DNA of 64,000 nucleotides from Amoeboaphelidium occidentale (Eukaryota): NCBI GenBank assembly GCA_023515795.1, contig JALGPX010000055.1, positions 1 to 64,000 of the forward strand, read 5' to 3'. Shown piece by piece: positions 1 to 10,150 of this stretch (position 1 is its first letter; each line of letters starts with the position of its first letter). The notes under the pieces were generated by a model. It saw only the letters and a program-made list of their open reading frames with translations, ran no database searches and was not told where the DNA came from. The position numbers and the translations under genes were made by a program.

Positions 1-995
1 GTAGCATTTACCGTGATATCTAACAATCGAATGATGACCGTTCGCTTTGATTTGTTGGGAAGACTTTGGTCGCGAGATCGCACTTCTCAGTTGAAACTGC
101 GCACTTTAATCAGAACTTCGGAGATTCTAAGAATAAAATTGCTTTGACATTCTTTCTGACTTCGACTAGTTTCACATTGAGTATGTGGGTGATCTCAGTT
201 ACATCGCTTGCGAGAACAGAATCGAGGGCTTCGTACTCAGATAAGGCGAATTTCCAGTATTATTTTACCTCTGATATTGGCAGGACAAAAATCTCTCTGA
301 AAGTTCTTTAGATGGTATTATCGTTTTGAAGAAAACATTTGTAGANAATATGAATTGGATAATTGATTGAAAAAAAATTGAAATGAATATTTATGAATGT
401 TATGATAATGAGATAATTGAATAAAGATATTGTGTGAGAACGTGTATTTGGCGTAGCTTCTTTCCAAAGATTAACCTCGACGTATTGTTTTGCTCTTGAT
501 CGTAAAATTCACCTCCACTTTTGCGAATATTTTCTTCATTGTTTCACACCCTTCGTGTAAAAAGTCCTCTTCAAGCTTCAAGCACTTGGATGTTCTGTTT
601 CAATGTAACATCTCAATTTATTATCGAATTAAAGTGGTTGCAACTTGTTGGTAGCATTTACCGTGATATCTAACAATCGAATGATGACCGTTCGCTTTGA
701 TTTGTTGGGAAGACTTTGGTCGCGAGGTCGCACTTCTCAGTTGAAACTGCGCACTTTAATCAGAACTTCGGAGATTCTAAGAATATAATTGCTTTGACAT
801 TCTTTCTGACTTCGAGTAGTTTCACATTGAGTATGTGGGTGATCTCAGTTACATCGCTTGCGAGAACAGAATCGAGGGCTTCGTACTCAGATAAGGCGAA
901 TTTCCAGTATTATTTTACCTCTGATATTGGCAGGACAAAAATCTCTCTGAAAGTTCTTTAGATGGTATTATCGTTTTGAAGAAAACATTTGTAGA
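1..995. repeat. Direct duplication: 1-345 repeated at 651-995 with 3 substitutions, N at 346; probably two haplotypes or an assembly overlap
   Basis: gtagcatttaccgtg...catttgtaga occurs at 1 and 651; differences cgcgaGAtcg/cgcgaGGtcg, gaataAaatt/gaataTaatt, ttcgaCtagt/ttcgaGtagt; first copy ends at an N. Confidence 0.9.
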
Positions 996-997
996 AT

Positions 998-1684
998 CTA
1001 TTCCGATATCAGAATTGTATCTTTTAAAACACCTGTGTTACGCAGGATCGTATTGCAAGTGTCCTGCTTGTTTATGCTCTCTGATGGAATGTCATTCAGC
1101 TTCTGTCCATCTGTAATTCCACACACATGAAACACTTTTCCCAGTGACCACTCTCTGTTCACGACAATGCACTTTCTAGTATCAGTGAAAATACAATAGG
1201 CTCTCTCTCCTTTTGCTATTTTTCCTGTTATAGGTTCCGTTTTCTTTAGTCTCATAACTTCTAGCGCTGTGATCGGCTTTAAGGTATGTGAAGTGGAAGG
1301 TTCAGCTGTAGATTTCGATGACCACCGTTCCCCAGGAAGAGGTAGCTTGTGATCAGAGAGTAACTGAATAGCTTTCCATGTCTTTTCTTCTGTTTGAGTA
1401 TCATCTTGTGTCGTATCAGGACAATGATTTCTGTGCTTCAAGCATACTACTGTTCCACATCTGCACTGATACTTCATGATTGTGACCTCAGAACATACTG
1501 CGCATTTGATTTTAAGTTTCTCAGTCTCATTACTTGTCACATTTGTTGTATTAGACTCTGATGCACAAGGTTTATGTGACTGAAAGTGGTCCTTACATAG
1601 GAATTTTCCGCAATGGAGACATTTAATAGGAAGGAAATCCACTCTGCTACATTCCTCGCAGTACTTTCCAATGTCCAATTCCAT
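998..1684 (-). CDS. AN1-type zinc finger protein (ZFAND1/Cuz1-like)
   Basis: N-terminal IGKYC..C...DFLPIKC.HC...LC.DH AN1 finger, second Cys/His finger, C-terminal WSLGKV ubiquitin-like remnant. Confidence 0.8.
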   Translation of the reverse strand: MELDIGKYCEECSRVDFLPIKCLHCGKFLCKDHFQSHKPCASESNTTNVTSNETEKLKIKCAVCSEVTIMKYQCRCGTVVCLKHRNHCPDTTQDDTQTEEKTWKAIQLLSDHKLPLPGERWSSKSTAEPSTSHTLKPITALEVMRLKKTEPITGKIAKGERAYCIFTDTRKCIVVNREWSLGKVFHVCGITDGQKLNDIPSESINKQDTCNTILRNTGVLKDTILISE

Positions 1685-1747
1685 GATGAAGGTAAAATCT
1701 CAATGGCAAAAAAGACAGAAAGAGCTCTATTGGAAGGCAAAAGCATT

Positions 1748-2080
1748 TTAGCCTTCTCTCCACATGTAAGCGCAAGCAGTGCACTTGTAGAAAATAGAAG
1801 ATGGTTCATCAGCACTTCGAATTTGTATCTGCATATAGTAAGCGCGTGTGTGCTCACATTTCGGACATGTTGCCTCAGTCTGATCAACGTTCTTCCATGC
1901 ATCCGCACCTCCCAGCACGTCTTCCACTTGTTTTCTTTCCATTTCTTTGCGACTCACATAAGGCTTTGATATTGGATAAATATACGGGCATGTTTGGCAC
2001 GTCATTGCTATTCCGTTACCATGTCTGGCACTCCTAGAAGTGATTAAAGTGTTGGAGCAATTAGGACAGAACAAGATCAT
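1748..2080 (-). CDS. RPC11: RNA polymerase III subunit C11
   Basis: FCPNCSN zinc ribbon, VEDVLGGADAW, TFIIS-like QIRSADEP..FYKC..C. Confidence 0.95.
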   Translation of the reverse strand: MILFCPNCSNTLITSRSARHGNGIAMTCQTCPYIYPISKPYVSRKEMERKQVEDVLGGADAWKNVDQTEATCPKCEHTRAYYMQIQIRSADEPSSIFYKCTACAYMWREG

Positions 2081-2524
2081 TCAACAGAGAATATTATAAA
2101 AAAAGTTAATACTTAGTTCTACTGAACAGGCTTGAATTAGGATGATCAATAATCATTTGAGTACAATTGTCATACAAAGTACAACGTGTAGTGTATTTGT
2201 GCAAGTTGGACAGAGTACACAATCGCTCGAGATTAGAGACATGTGATACGATTTCGATTTGAATCCTGCTTGACTAATCTCACCTGCAACGATATCAAAA
2301 CATGACATACTACAGCATGGAGTTACTTCATGTCACGCGCTGGCGCCTCTTGGTTCCCAGCCAAGCGTTTCAGAGCAACCAATCAGTATGATACTTCAGT
2401 AACACAGCGCCCAATCGCTCAGCATTTAAGCACCAACCTGAAGTCCAAAACTATATTTTCTCAACACTAATTGTGTAATTGTAGATTTTTACTCCGATTA
2501 TTTTGGTGTGACTGTATTTAAGTA

Positions 2525-4051
2525 ATGAATTCTAACTTCAACATGTTCTTCAGTGATCTGCATTCCGCTCAGCAACAGCAAGCTCAGGGTATGGGTACGA
2601 TTACTAACGCGAGTTTTATGAATGGTCAGCAGAAACTATCTATCGATACAAGCTTCCAGCCATCCAACTTCTACGGAATTGGTACTCCAAGAACACCAAC
2701 CTCTTTTGGAGGAGGAAACAATGGCAGTAACAGCAGTACTCTGAAAAGAAGAACTAATTACACTTCTGAAATCGGTCCAAGTTTCACACAGACGAAGCAA
2801 TTGAGAGCTGTTTGGAACGCTGATAAGACCAGAGCTGTGAAGTTCAATCTAATGCCAAAGATTGACAAGGGGTTCTTTCTGAATGAAACTGATTGGGTTT
2901 GTTATCGTCGCAATTACTTTCAAGTCTCTGCTTGTTACTCGTGTTACAGTATGTCAAACTCTGCTGGTTTAATGCTGGATCAACCAGTTGAGTTCCAACC
3001 ATCTTCAGATGAACCAACGTTTATTGAACATGATGGTCGCATGATTCTGATTAATGGTTATCGTATCGGAATTTCAGCACGTGTTGCATCCAGTGAGCGT
3101 GTTATTGATTTAGTGCAACATACATCTAAACGTGATAAGGGACCACAAGTATCTCCTGCTCCTAGACCTTGCCAACCATCAACTGGTCAAGTCACATTTG
3201 AGCGTTTACAGTTCAAATCAGCTACAGCTAATAATGGTAAACGTCGTGCTGCACAACAATACTATGTTGTCGATTTGGAATTGTATGCTGAATTATCTGA
3301 AGAAATGGAAGGTTGTTATCTATTGAAGATGGCATCTTCAACATCATGTCCTCTAGTTGTTCGTGGTCGTTCTCCTGGACACTATACTGATTCTCTTGAT
3401 AGATTACAGTCACCTTATGGTATGATGGCATCAGCAACACTATCTGCAGCAGAAAACATATTCTCAGCTAATGGTGGAAACTCAATGTTTGACAGACCAG
3501 CAACTGCACATCCATTGAATAATCCAAATTTCCACACGACACTCTCTGCTCTATTACCACAATCTGCAAATGTCTATCAAAACAGTCATGATGTTATGTT
3601 TACTGGTGCAAACAGCTTGCTACCAATTAACAACAACAACAACAACAACAATTCTATGGGAACAGTAGAACAACAATCAACAGTCTCTTCTGCTCTTACA
3701 CCTCCTCCTTCATCATCAACATCATCACTATTCACTGCAGTTTCTTCAACAAACTCTAATGGTGCATTCTCATCTCTAACACCTCTACCACCAGCAGCAG
3801 CCGTATCATTGGGATCGACAATGTTTGACTATTCACCAACTTTGTTTTCAACTGCAGCAACAACAGATGGAAAACTTACTACTGATTCTATGAATTTGAT
3901 GGGAAAGACAAATCACTTCATGGGAGCTGGACTTCACGATAACGATGATGACAACGACGAAGCAGTAAGAGACCATGATATTTCTAATGAAACTACTACT
4001 AATGCTGGCATGGTTGTTGCAGGAATGAACTTTCACCAGACACTGTTCTAA
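2525..4051 (+). CDS. NDT80/PhoG-family transcription factor
   Basis: KIDKGFF...WVCYRRNYFQVS, LVQHTSKRDKGPQ, FERLQFKSATANNGKRRAAQQYY, VVRGRSPGHY; low-complexity C-terminus with poly-Asn. Confidence 0.93.
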   Translation: MNSNFNMFFSDLHSAQQQQAQGMGTITNASFMNGQQKLSIDTSFQPSNFYGIGTPRTPTSFGGGNNGSNSSTLKRRTNYTSEIGPSFTQTKQLRAVWNADKTRAVKFNLMPKIDKGFFLNETDWVCYRRNYFQVSACYSCYSMSNSAGLMLDQPVEFQPSSDEPTFIEHDGRMILINGYRIGISARVASSERVIDLVQHTSKRDKGPQVSPAPRPCQPSTGQVTFERLQFKSATANNGKRRAAQQYYVVDLELYAELSEEMEGCYLLKMASSTSCPLVVRGRSPGHYTDSLDRLQSPYGMMASATLSAAENIFSANGGNSMFDRPATAHPLNNPNFHTTLSALLPQSANVYQNSHDVMFTGANSLLPINNNNNNNNSMGTVEQQSTVSSALTPPPSSSTSSLFTAVSSTNSNGAFSSLTPLPPAAAVSLGSTMFDYSPTLFSTAATTDGKLTTDSMNLMGKTNHFMGAGLHDNDDDNDEAVRDHDISNETTTNAGMVVAGMNFHQTLF

Positions 4052-4097
4052 AAAACGGAGTAGTCTAAAAAACAGCCACTCTATTTAAACATAAGTA

Positions 4098-4143
4098 AAA
4101 TCTAAATCTAAATCTAAATCTAAATAATAATAATAATAATAAA
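4098..4143. repeat. Microsatellites (TCTAAA)4 followed by (TAA)n
   Basis: Directly visible. Confidence 0.9.
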
Positions 4144-4260
4144 GTCCCTCTTACACCAACACCAATATCTTGTCACATTTGCTATGACTTTCTGTGATTG
4201 GGGACCGAATCAGTGACCCATAATGAAAATTTTTTTTCTCTCATCTTTTCAGAATTAAAA

Positions 4261-4738
4261 ATGTCACACGAATCCGTATGGTTCAGTCATCCACGCAAAT
4301 TTGGCAAAGGCTCTCGTCAATGGTAGGCATTCGAGTCTTTTCACCACCACAACTTGTAATTTCATTTAGCCGCGTCTGTGGACACCAAGCTGGTCTAATT
4401 AGAAAATACAATTTGGACATTTGCAGACAATGCTTCAGAGAGTACGCAAAACAAATTGGTTTCGTAAAGGTGAGTTTCTGTGAAGGATGGGAGCACTACA
4501 GAGAGGGAGCGAGAGGGGAAGTGCATTAGCGCGCGCACACACACACACACACACACATTCATGCAAGAAAGCAAGAAAGCAAGAAAGCTAGCAAGCGATT
4601 GAGGAAGAAAAGCTAAACAGAAGAAACGAGCGATACTTTTGAAAACCAACCCCTCTATCTCTATTTCCATCTCCATCCTTATCTTCTTATTAAGAACACA
4701 TTAACTAATTTCTTTTATTATTAATGTAGAACCGTTAA
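4261..4738 (+). CDS. RPS29: 40S ribosomal protein S29 (uS14), exons 4261-4322, 4370-4469, 4730-4738
   Basis: Spliced product [60 protein letters not shown] introns 4323-4369 and 4470-4729. Confidence 0.95.
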
Positions 4739-4800
4739 TTAGTAACTATTACACTCTGTCTGAAAAAGAATGAAGAATGAAGAAATAAACCATTTTCCTC

Positions 4801-4842
4801 TAAATCTATAAAATCTATAAAATCTATAAAATCTATAAAATC
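4801..4842. repeat. 9-bp tandem repeat (AAATCTATA) about 4.5 copies
   Basis: taaatctataaaatctataaaatctataaaatctataaaatc. Confidence 0.9.
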
Positions 4843-4866
4843 TTTTTCTTTTACAATTGACAAATA

Positions 4867-5215
4867 ATGCAATCACAACAACAACAACAACAACAACAAC
4901 AACTACAACAACAACAACAAAAGAAACCCCAATTAAAAAAAGATTCAATAGTAGACTTATCCAAATTCCTAAACAAGAGAATCCTTGTAAAATTCAGTGG
5001 CACACGTGAAGGCAAGAAGTACTCTGTATTGAGTTAATTCTGAGTTTGTAGCAACTGGAATATTGAAGGGTTGGGATAAACTATTGAATATAATCTTGGA
5101 TGATTGCACTGATGACAAACAGAGACATTTGGGTCTAATAATGTGTAGAGGAACATCAGTAGTAGTAATAATACCAGAAGAAGGCAAAGAACAAGTATCT
5201 AATCCATTTCTGTGA
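4867..5215 (+). CDS. LSM7: U6 snRNA-associated Sm-like protein LSm7 with N-terminal poly-Gln; exons 4867-5011 and 5052-5215 (GC-AG intron)
   Basis: Spliced product MQSQ..QKKPQLKKDSIVDLSKFLNKRILVKFSGTREATGILKGWDKLLNIILDD...RHLGLIMCRGTSVVVIIPEEGKEQVSNPFL matches Lsm7 Sm1/Sm2 motifs; absent from ORF track. Confidence 0.92.
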
Positions 5216-5238
5216 TTGGCTGTGATTGGTCTGATTGG
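5213..5238 (-). promoter_or_regulatory. Three tandem CCAAT boxes (TGATTGG on + strand) upstream of the SPX phosphate transporter
   Basis: TGATTGG at 5213, 5223 and 5232; the first overlaps the LSM7 stop codon. Confidence 0.5.
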
Positions 5239-5294
5239 AATAAACCCTTTTCTTCCATTTTTCTTTTCCTTCTTTCAACTTCTTTCAACTTCAT

Positions 5295-7514
5295 ATGAAA
5301 TTCTCAAATACTTTGGAATTTAATTCTCTTTCTGAATGGAAGGATGAATACATTAATTATGAAAAGTTAAAAGGAAGAATCTATGAAATTGAAAGAGAAG
5401 TTTATACAATGAGGAATAGTAAGAGAAGATGGGAAGGAGATGATGAAGAACAACAACAACAACAACAACAACCACTCATACTGTTTGAAGAACAACAACA
5501 ACAACAACAACAACAATTGTTGGAAGATGAATTCTTTTTACTTTTGAAAAAGGAAGTTGATCGGATCAACAAATTCTATGTAAAAAAGAAACAAGAGATT
5601 TCCCATAAACTACAGACAATTAAACTACTAAAAGAAGAACAAGAAATCATAACTTTTCATCAGAGAAAGAAATGGAGAGATGAATTATTACAATTATTTC
5701 TGGAATTGTGTGCATTGAAAGATTATGTTGTTTTGAATTATACAGGATTCTCAAAGATTACTAAAAAGTTTGATAAAGTTTTAAATTGTAATAGGAAACA
5801 AGTATTTCTAGAAGAATGTATTCACAACAAGAGTGAATTCTATAAAGATTTCTTTTCTTCTTCTGAACTGAATGAAAAGATTGAAGAATGTGTTTTATTG
5901 TATTCTCAAATATCTGAAATTACTACTGAAGAAGCATATGATGAATTGAGGCATTTTTTAAGAGAATTTGTTGTATGGGAACGCTCATCAGTATGGAAGG
6001 ATATGATTGATAAAGAAAGGAAGCATACGACTATAGGAGTGTTATCCAGTGGTGTTGATGTAGGTAGAGTTTCTGTTGTTTTAAAGTATTTGAAGGTTTG
6101 GTTGTTTTTATTTGCTTTCTTAATACTCCTTCTGATTACTCTATTATGGAAACCATTTGATGATTATGGTAAGGATTCATGTTTAGGATTGTTTGTCTTT
6201 GTGAGTATGCTGTGGGGTATGGAAGTATTTCCTCTGTTTGTTACTGCAATGTTGATTCCCTTTATGGTTGTCTCAATTGGTATACTTAAAAGTAATGACG
6301 GTAAAGAGTATTTGAGTGGTCCTATGGCTGCTAAGGATGTTGTCATGCACATGTTCTCTCCTGTTATTTTGCTCTTGTTGGGTGGTTTTACTATTGCTGC
6401 TGCTTTGACTAAGTATCAGATTGCAAAGTATATGGCATTGCAGATATTGTCTAGAGTTTCATCACGGTCAGAAATAGTATTGTTGACTATAATGTTTGTT
6501 GCTACTTTTGCTTCCATGTGGTTGAGTAATGTTGCAGCGCCTGTATTGTGTTATTCTGTTGTTGATCCTATTCTGAGGGTATTGGATCATGAATCTAGAT
6601 TGTCAAAAGCGTTGATTATTGGTATTGCCTTGGCATCGAATGTTGGTGGGATAATGACGCCTATATCATCTCCACAGAATGCCATTGGATTGGGGTACAT
6701 GTTGGATCCAGCGCCATCGTGGTTGGAATGGTTGGCTGTTAGTGTTCCTGTTGCTGTATTCTCGAATTTATTGATTTGGTTACTATTGTTGGTGATTTAT
6801 AAGCCACACAGAGAAACTAAACGTATACAACAGCCATGGAGAGTATCGCCAGCATCAGGAGAATTCAAATGGACACCTGTTCAATTGTATGTTGTTGCTG
6901 TATCTCTGCTGACTATTGTGCTGTGGTGTTTTTCATTTAAATTGGAACAATGGTTTGGTCATGCTGGAATTATTGGATTGGTGCCAATTGTTGCATTTTT
7001 TGGCGTTAAAGGAGTTTTAGGTAAAGATGAATTCAATAATTTCCTGTGGACTGTTGTATTTCTTGCAATGGGTGGTTCTGCTTTAGGTTATGCAGTTCAG
7101 AATTCAGGATTATTGGAATCCGTTGCTAATGGAATTTCTACAGTATTGCAAGGACAATCTGTTTATGTACTGACTGTATCGTTTTCTCTATTGGTACTGG
7201 TTGCTGCAACTTGTATTTCCCATACTGTTTCTGCGATTATAATTCTGCCAGTAGTTCAACAAGTCGGATTACAAATGTGTGGTCAAGAATGTTCAAATGT
7301 TATGGTATTCAGTTGTATATTCATGTGCTCTCTAGCTATGGGACTGCCAATATCAGGATTTCCGAATATAACTGCTGTATCGTTGGAAGATGCAACTGGG
7401 AGGCCTTATGTCAAGACTATAGATTTTCTAAAAGTTGGACTATTGGCATCAGTAGTTGGATATTTAATTGTGATATCTCTGGGGTATGGACTAATGTTGG
7501 GTGTAGGCATTTAG
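5295..7514 (+). CDS. SPX-domain low-affinity phosphate transporter (Pho87/Pho90/Pho91 family)
   Basis: MKFS..L.FN...EW...YINYEKLK and LNYTGFSKITKKFDK (SPX); ASMWLSNVAAP, ASNVGGIMTPISSPQN, MGLPISGFPN transporter motifs; poly-Gln tracts. Confidence 0.93.
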   Translation: MKFSNTLEFNSLSEWKDEYINYEKLKGRIYEIEREVYTMRNSKRRWEGDDEEQQQQQQQPLILFEEQQQQQQQQLLEDEFFLLLKKEVDRINKFYVKKKQEISHKLQTIKLLKEEQEIITFHQRKKWRDELLQLFLELCALKDYVVLNYTGFSKITKKFDKVLNCNRKQVFLEECIHNKSEFYKDFFSSSELNEKIEECVLLYSQISEITTEEAYDELRHFLREFVVWERSSVWKDMIDKERKHTTIGVLSSGVDVGRVSVVLKYLKVWLFLFAFLILLLITLLWKPFDDYGKDSCLGLFVFVSMLWGMEVFPLFVTAMLIPFMVVSIGILKSNDGKEYLSGPMAAKDVVMHMFSPVILLLLGGFTIAAALTKYQIAKYMALQILSRVSSRSEIVLLTIMFVATFASMWLSNVAAPVLCYSVVDPILRVLDHESRLSKALIIGIALASNVGGIMTPISSPQNAIGLGYMLDPAPSWLEWLAVSVPVAVFSNLLIWLLLLVIYKPHRETKRIQQPWRVSPASGEFKWTPVQLYVVAVSLLTIVLWCFSFKLEQWFGHAGIIGLVPIVAFFGVKGVLGKDEFNNFLWTVVFLAMGGSALGYAVQNSGLLESVANGISTVLQGQSVYVLTVSFSLLVLVAATCISHTVSAIIILPVVQQVGLQMCGQECSNVMVFSCIFMCSLAMGLPISGFPNITAVSLEDATGRPYVKTIDFLKVGLLASVVGYLIVISLGYGLMLGVGI

Positions 7515-7740
7515 ATGTTAAAAAAAATAGATTCTATACAATGATGATTACTCAGAAAGTTTTGAAAATGGCATTGAACAAACTGATGCCAAAGATGATT
7601 GTAGCTGTGGGTGTAGTGGTGGTACCCATTGTGACGATATTTACAGGAAGCAACAAAGAAAAAGAAAATAAGAACCATGATGATGATGACTAAGTGACAA
7701 TAATAGATTTTTTTGCTCATTCTTGTGTTTTTTTTTGAGG

Positions 7741-10017
7741 ATGGCAAAGTTCGCGGCTTTGAGGGTTCTCATCGGTTCCGGTGTTACCGCTGTTGGGGCC
7801 GGTGTTTACGCTGTATCGGAGTATGTGGATGGAAAGAGGAGAGATTACCATAAGAAAATTAATGATGTTTTGGATTCATTCAGTAATATTCCAACTAAAG
7901 GGCCAACAGAAGGCACAGCAGTCGCATTGCCAGCGCTATCGAATAAGAAGGACGCAGTTACTACGATGGACTACGACCAACAAAGTATGTTCGGGTTTAA
8001 GGTTGTTAACGCATATTCAGAAGGAAAACCTCATGCGTTCAGTACTCTGACGAAACGCTTGTTGGATGTGAAGTCTGTTCTGTCGACAGCGGTGGATTCA
8101 TCGTTCTCTTTGCCTTCGCTGGTGGTAATTGGGTCACAGAGTTCCGGAAAGTCTTCGCTATTGGAGCATTTAATTGGGCACAAATTCTTGCCTAAAGGAC
8201 AGAATATGGTCACCAGGAGGCCAATCGAGATAACTTTGGTCAATTCGCCGTTGCTTCAGAAGGAGTATGCTGAATTGCCAAGAGAAGGAGTGAAGACTGA
8301 TGATTTCAGTAGTTTGGCACGTACTTTGAGTGATTTGAATTTATCTGTTTCAGAGGAAGAATGTGTTTCTAATGATCCGATTGTACTGCGCATTTACTCT
8401 CCCACGCTGCCTGACTTACAGTTGGTTGACTTGCCTGGTTATATTGCAGTGAATTCTTCTAATCAACCAAAAGAATTGAAGCAAAAGATTGTTCAGTTGT
8501 GTAGAGAATACTTGAAGGATCAGAATGTTATTTTGGCTGTTTCTGCTGCTGATGTTGACTTGGCTAATTCTGAAGCGTTGAACGAGGCACGTAATGCTGA
8601 TCCTCTGGGAAAGCGAACTATTGGTGTATTGACAAAGATGGATTTAGTTCCAGTGGAAAAGGGACAACAATTATTGAATAATGATCAGTATCATTTGAAG
8701 CTTGGTTATTATGGAGTTGTGTGTACAGATTCATCGAATGCAGAACAGAAGTTATTTTCAAGATATGCACAAAAGTATCAAAAGAATGTTAGCACAGGAA
8801 ATTTACTTACGAAACTCGTTGGTGTTTTGGAGTCGAGTATGGTGAAATCTTTGAATTTTGTTGTTGATAAAGTTCGTAAGGAATTAGAAGAGACAAAGTA
8901 TAAGTTCAAAGTCAGATTCAACGATAGACACATTTCCGCTGAGTCGTATGCATCTGATGTACTTGATCAATTAAAGGAGAAGCTCAGAGATGTTTCAAAG
9001 GAATTCAATCGAAACAGACTTCGTGAAGAAGTTTTGGAGTTTCTAGATACAAGAATGATCCAGGCTTTGAAGCAAGTTTATTATAATGATGATACACCTT
9101 TGAAAGTCACGATGAAGTGGACAGAAGAAGAATTAGCTGAATATCATGGTCGTCTTGAAAGATCACGCGCAATGCTGACAATGGCTGGCATTGGTAGATT
9201 AACAACAGAGAAGCTTGTTGGAGAAGTTGAAGGCGCCATTGAAAAGGTACTGGTACAACAACCATTTTCTTTTCATGCCTCTACAATGGACAAGGTGCGC
9301 TCCATCACAACTGAATTGTTGCGTTCAAAAGTTTATCAAACATCTGAATCTGTGGAAAATGCAATCAAGCCTTATAAGTACGATGTTGATTTCAATGATG
9401 TTGAATGGAGAAATTCTTTGACTAGATGTTTAAAAGTTTTGCAAAAGGAAAAGGACGAGAAGACAAAAGAATTGAATGTGCTAAAAAATGAAGTCGGCGC
9501 AAGAAAATTAAGAAATGCTATGCAATACTTGAGTAATCGGCAGAAATCTAGCGAAGCTGTTATGGAAGAGGAAAAGATTCCATTCAGTCCAAAAGTCATG
9601 GAATTAGCGAGTGAAGCACTGGAAGTACAGAAAACAATTGATGTGCTCTCACAGCGTATATCATTTCTAACTCCAACATGGTTTTCGCATCCTTGTTATC
9701 ATTTTTCTATGGAGCATACAGCAGAGAATGCATGTGTACTGAAATGCCCAGAAATTTACCTGTCACTAATTACACAACATCTAGCTCAAACATGCGTCGC
9801 ATTCATATGGATAGATTTGTTGAATGAAGTATTCTATGAGCTACCTAGACATATTGATACAGTGTATTTTAATTCAAGAAAAGATGCTCAGGCTTTTGCT
9901 AGCGAGAATGATGGCGTGAAGGAGCAATTAGAAACAGAAGAGAAACTATCAAAGTTGAGTTATGCCATGGACAAATTGGGTGTGATACAGAATGATATTC
10001 TACGCGGAGAGCAATGA
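7741..10017 (+). CDS. MGM1: Mitochondrial dynamin-like GTPase Mgm1/OPA1
   Basis: LPSLVVIGSQSSGKSS, FLPKGQNMVTRRPIE, DLPGYI, ADVDLANS, RTIGVLTKMD; N-terminal presequence-like and hydrophobic segment; first ATG 7741. Confidence 0.9.
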   Translation: MAKFAALRVLIGSGVTAVGAGVYAVSEYVDGKRRDYHKKINDVLDSFSNIPTKGPTEGTAVALPALSNKKDAVTTMDYDQQSMFGFKVVNAYSEGKPHAFSTLTKRLLDVKSVLSTAVDSSFSLPSLVVIGSQSSGKSSLLEHLIGHKFLPKGQNMVTRRPIEITLVNSPLLQKEYAELPREGVKTDDFSSLARTLSDLNLSVSEEECVSNDPIVLRIYSPTLPDLQLVDLPGYIAVNSSNQPKELKQKIVQLCREYLKDQNVILAVSAADVDLANSEALNEARNADPLGKRTIGVLTKMDLVPVEKGQQLLNNDQYHLKLGYYGVVCTDSSNAEQKLFSRYAQKYQKNVSTGNLLTKLVGVLESSMVKSLNFVVDKVRKELEETKYKFKVRFNDRHISAESYASDVLDQLKEKLRDVSKEFNRNRLREEVLEFLDTRMIQALKQVYYNDDTPLKVTMKWTEEELAEYHGRLERSRAMLTMAGIGRLTTEKLVGEVEGAIEKVLVQQPFSFHASTMDKVRSITTELLRSKVYQTSESVENAIKPYKYDVDFNDVEWRNSLTRCLKVLQKEKDEKTKELNVLKNEVGARKLRNAMQYLSNRQKSSEAVMEEEKIPFSPKVMELASEALEVQKTIDVLSQRISFLTPTWFSHPCYHFSMEHTAENACVLKCPEIYLSLITQHLAQTCVAFIWIDLLNEVFYELPRHIDTVYFNSRKDAQAFASENDGVKEQLETEEKLSKLSYAMDKLGVIQNDILRGEQ

Positions 10018-10150
10018 GAAGAGATATTTCATAAAGGACAATTTCTATTTCGTGTGAAACCCTTTTCCCTTTGAAATTTCTGCTCCAAAAAAAATGCGGC
10101 GTTTTTGAAAGTTTTCCACCGATCAAGCAAAGGCAAACACCCACAAAGTC

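Noticed and set aside
66..961. Twin 81-aa ORFs at 66-311 and 716-961
   Set aside because: TTG starts, no recognisable domain, and they are just the two copies of the gap-associated duplicate
4101..4124. (TCTAAA)4 as a telomeric repeat
   Set aside because: Only four internal copies in a 3' region among other microsatellites
4801..4842. Short repeats as a CRISPR array
   Set aside because: No spacers, 9-bp unit, eukaryotic context
4395..5187. Minus-strand ORFs with poly-Val and RFY repeats
   Set aside because: Antisense readings of microsatellites and of RPS29/LSM7
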